Source: Carcharhinus amblyrhynchos (Eukaryota). Taken from it: DNA of 64,000 nt. The notes beneath the pieces are model-generated. The model was not told the origin of the DNA, made no database searches, and saw only the letters and a list, made by a program, of their open reading frames with translations. The DNA is taken from the NCBI GenBank assembly GCA_965287045.1, contig OZ336877.1:66712001-66776000 (forward strand), read 5' to 3'. The translations under genes were made by a program, and so were the position numbers. Positions 63,127 to 64,000 of this stretch are shown in pieces (the stretch's first letter is position 1; the number at the start of each line of letters is the position of its first letter).

Positions 63127-64000
63127 AATGGTATAGGATATCCCTCCTTCTCTGAGCTTCCTTACCAGTGGGTACAGTACTGTCCACACAGTGATCTATG
63201 AAGGCACATGACCCAAAGCCAGGGTCAGTCTAGAGATAGACAGACATGTGTAAGGGCTTAGATGAAGTCAGCTCCATACCTGCACCCACTGCTGTATATA
63301 TGCATATCAGAATGAGTTGTTAATAAAAATTTGCTGTTACTATACTCAAGACTATGAAGCATACTTCCTGGGGTCTGAAGCAGGATTCTTCATGCCAGCG
63401 GTGTCCAGATCAAAAACGCTTATCCTCACAAGAATGCAGAAGAACTAAAAAAAAGGGCACCTTCAATAGTTTCTGAACCGAACCAAGTTCCCAAATGAAG
63501 TGAAAGACATGGAGAAAATTCATACCAGAAAGTTAAAGTTTCAGAAAAAGAGCCTGGAAGCAAAAAGGTACAAGTTTTACCCCAGCACAAGACTCAACTG
63601 AATCTTCCTTGGAAGTCCAGCTTCAACAAGCAGAGTTCACAGAGTGAGATAATTTTTTTGAATTCCAGGCCAGCCAGTCCTGAGAAACTCCTTTGCATTA
63701 ATGTGGTTCGAAACAGCAGAGCTACTTCACAGTCAGAGATAACCTCCTGGTCAATGATGAACAGTTGTTCATTCCAGCTTCTCTGCATGAGGATGGCATT
63801 TAGCAGAGCCAGGGGATCTCTAAGTGCAGGGAACGGGCCATGGTAGACGGGTTAAGAGGAAATGTAAATTGGCAGATTTGTGCATTGCACCACCAAACCC
63901 AAAACTGGCAAAATATCGAGGCAGAAATAAATCATAAATTTCCAACAAAAACTAAATTCAGAAAAAATAAGTCTCTACTTTTAGCAAAGTAAATTTTCAG
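63127..64000 (+). mobile_element. Probable LTR retrotransposon 5' end: LTR (about 63127-63392), PBS-like motif, decayed interior
   Basis: Shares GTACAGTAC..TCCACACA and CCAGGGTCAGT with the solo LTR at 13119. AATAAA near 63322; ends ..TTCA followed by TGCCAGCGGTG, resembling the tRNA-Leu PBS TGGCAGCGGTG. Confidence 0.55.

Noticed and set aside
1-64000. CRISPR array, operon or other prokaryotic/viral system
   Set aside because: No regularly spaced repeat-spacer array, no dense coding, and no viral hallmark ORFs; the content is vertebrate retroposon-rich DNA.

Overview
This is eukaryotic, repeat-rich, non-coding DNA. The repeat families (HE1-type tRNA SINEs with CR1 tails, Deu-type SINEs, CR1 LINEs, GIY-YIG Penelope elements, Harbinger MITEs) point to a cartilaginous fish, most likely a shark intron or intergenic region; this is an inference from family recognition, not a database search. 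I found no host protein-coding gene. Every ORF I could recognise is transposon-derived: CR1 RT (one uninterrupted 455-aa copy), Penelope RT and GIY-YIG, the Rex1/Babar C-terminus, an APE/RT LINE, and a decayed Harbinger Myb + transposase pair. The main points of interest are: (1) Penelope ends carrying minimal hammerhead ribozymes, including short fold-back insertions with 11-15 bp target-site duplications (TSDs), one of them a perfect 174-bp spacerless palindrome; (2) a LINE that begins with a tRNA-type (Pol III) SINE head, plus a SINE that is its 5'+3' fusion; (3) a two-copy retroposon with an unrecognised 83-nt structured head on a CR1 tail; (4) an inverted pair of 75-bp G:U-rich hairpins; and (5) several short local duplications. 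Boundaries of old repeats are approximate (about +/-20-50 bp).
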